DNA of 64,000 nt from Paraphysomonas bandaiensis (Eukaryota > Protista > Chrysophyceae): assembly GCA_965644295.1 (NCBI GenBank), contig CBFFRP010000408.1, forward strand, positions 1 through 64,000. Reading direction: 5' to 3'. The translations under genes and the position numbers were made by a program. Shown here one piece after another: positions 61,618 to 64,000 of the stretch (the first letter of the stretch is position 1; every line of letters starts with the position of its first letter). The notes beneath the pieces were generated by a model, which saw only the letters and a list, made by a program, of their open reading frames with translations, was not told the DNA's origin and ran no database searches.

Positions 61618-64000
61618 TCAAAGTTTCTCCTCGTCATCACAGCTAAGATCCAAGGTTTGTAATCCTCGCTCAGGCAAAAAGTTTATGTTCGATTTCATCA
61701 GCATATGATGCGCATCTACTCACACCCATTATTTTCATACAATAGACAAGCACACTCTCATACCTATCAGCACCTGCTTCACCTCATTCACCACAAGAGG
61801 TCGCAGTAACACATGCTGCCCACCCCGTAATGGGAATTTCTCGTTGGTATCTGGAAAGTTTTTGTCTGATACTAAAGCCGCAATGCCAGTGTAACCTTTC
61901 TTGCGGAACAGAGACATCATTGCCAACGCATTATTATCGTGCATCATATGCATCATACTATCCAAGAACAGAACGTTATAAGGCCTCATTTCATACAGTG
62001 AGTTTCTTATCTCACTCAGCGCATCCGAATAGCTATTAACTTTTACTATGTCTGCAGTGCACGGTTTTAGCACATCATAAAGTGTACGTAAATCATTGCT
62101 ATTCGAGCTGACTATGAGTGCTCTGTCCAGAGATACATCCGTATACCTAGTTCGTTCATGTGGCAAAAAATTTGTTGGTTCTTCAACAGGAAGCGAAGGC
62201 ATACCAGTGGGAGTGTCTTGTACCAGTTCACAGCATTCTCTGATTTCATTTTCCGATGTAATTTCACCTCCATCACGCACTGAAGAGACACTAATTTCCA
62301 TAGAGAATATACACCCTTTATTTTCCTCGGAGTACACCCCTATCCTGCCGTCATGTAGGCTAATAATACTCTGTGCAACTGAACAAACAAGAAACGTGTG
62401 TTACCAAAATGAAAAAAGTGGAGGAAAACGCATACCATATAAACCAATTTCCGCATTCGCAGTTATAGTTCTGGACCGATAGTTGTCAATCATAGAGTCT
62501 TTGAACAGGTCTTGCTGTACCTCCTGTACAAAACATTCAGAAAGTGAACGCCAGATAAAAAACGATAAACCTCTGGTACACCGGGGCCGTGATCGTGAAT
62601 CTCGATGCACACTTTTTCAATAGCTCGTGAGCTGTCTTCCTGTGGACGTTCAAGTCCACTCTCCTCGTCAACGGCATATATTCTCACACTGCTGGTGGGT
62701 GGTTTCTTAATAGGACTACCATACCTCGCAAAGCAGAAGACCTCTACACTCTGCCCTTGGGGAGTAACATTGATGGCATGGGAGATCAAGTTACGCAAAG
62801 CTTGTATGAACTGGGTCTTGTCTACATTCACCATTGCACCAAGCAGACAGGTATCGAGATGCTCAGCCGAACTGTAGCGAAGATCAACTTGAGCATGAGC
62901 AGCCTAAATGAACACGTGTAACTGCAGAATGCGCTCATTAGATTGACTTACCACTTGTTCCAATGGCTTTACAGCCTCGTTGATGATATCAAACACGGGG
63001 TGCTCCAAGCGTATAAGTGAAAGCGCATTGTCTTTAATTTCATCCACGAGCATAACATTGTCAAGCAATCTGCCCGCCATGTCACATGAATATCGCACGT
63101 CCGTGAGTAAGCGCTGCACTCCCGCCATGTAGGGCATATCGCAATATGATTGCACGGTAGAGTTCGTTATCTCAACACCAGTAATAATAGTCTTGAGTGA
63201 AAGATGGTACTCGTTAGAAAGAAAGCGAATGAAGTTCTTCTTCGTGGTAAGGTGATACTGCAAAAGAGGCGACAAAAATAAAAACACAAGAGATGACAAC
63301 AAAAAATGACTAATACCTGAGAGAGATCTCTCTCGTTGCGGGCTATACGGGATGGTATAGTAGCTGCAAACATGCTAAGAATTGCATCCCAGGCAGCGAT
63401 GAGTCCCGTATAATAGTTGTTCGGGAATGTATCAGCTCCATATACAGCTGCCTTCACAGTACCTTTCACTACAACGGATACTACTACAAGAATGCTGTAC
63501 ACCACAGCGTGTTTGTCAACTTTATGTGCTGGTGTCTTTCTTACAAAGTGAACAACTACCGATATCGCTACCAAACATGCGATAACAAGTAGAGTGTATA
63601 TTAAATTGTCGCCAAGGCACTCGCTTCCACATATATAGCTCCACATTGTAGTGTGGGCATGTACGCAAAATACAATCATAATGAAAAAGTACAGCCACCT
63701 CTGCACTGGAGTGAACCTCTCTTTCTCGTTAAACATGTGGCTCATCAGAAACCCCCTGAACATTACCTCACGTGTAAACGAAACACACAGGCGCAATGTT
63801 TGGTTTGGTGATAAAAATAACACGATATTCGGTACGGTCAATGATGTTATGTGTGCCCACCGCGGAAGAGTAATCGTGTGAGGCAACTTTCTGTCGATAA
63901 TTGCCTCAACAATAATAGGAAATGCAACGCCGATCGCGAATGCCTCCGCATATCTGCTGAACTCATAGCCCGCAGCCTGCACATCCGGCTGAGCCTCAAC
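61618..64000 (-). CDS. Multi-pass membrane hybrid histidine kinase-like protein (HisKA-HATPase-receiver) with degenerate catalytic motifs; 5' end outside the window
   Basis: About seven TM segments, KKNFIRFLSNEY, QALRNLISHA, IHDHGPG, IGLY..IISLHDGRIGVYS..KGCIF, receiver YNVLFLD..GGQHVLLRPL; short GT-AG introns; stop at 61618. Confidence 0.85.

Overview
Eukaryotic nuclear DNA: AT-rich, with short ~45-55 nt GT-AG introns. Crypton-type relics, transmembrane hybrid histidine kinases and ciliary genes suggest a flagellated stramenopile (inference). It carries nine host genes: TMEM216, RPL29, a giant PH-SAM-ARMC9-like repeat protein, PPME1, a Tul1/FLY-type RING ligase, a FOXRED1-like oxidoreductase, PLAA/DOA1, MAP65/Ase1 and a degenerate hybrid histidine kinase. 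These sit among many mobile elements. The most unusual object is a full-length chromodomain-bearing Ty3/Gypsy element (36-6807, minus strand, 4-bp TSD) with several departures from the standard plan: a CCCH finger in Gag, gag and pol in one frame split by a single UGA, an RT active site reading IFDN instead of YxDD, no tRNA primer-binding site but a palindromic fold-back at the LTR boundary, and an extra domain after the chromodomain. Other notable items are a young internally deleted Copia with AG...CT LTR termini, a solo LTR containing an ORF start, hAT/MULE/piggyBac-like non-autonomous elements, two Crypton relics, a non-LTR family with a structured 3' tail, a 1037-bp tandem duplication and an 890-bp near-perfect inverted repeat. 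All comparisons and translations were done by eye; no database search was run.
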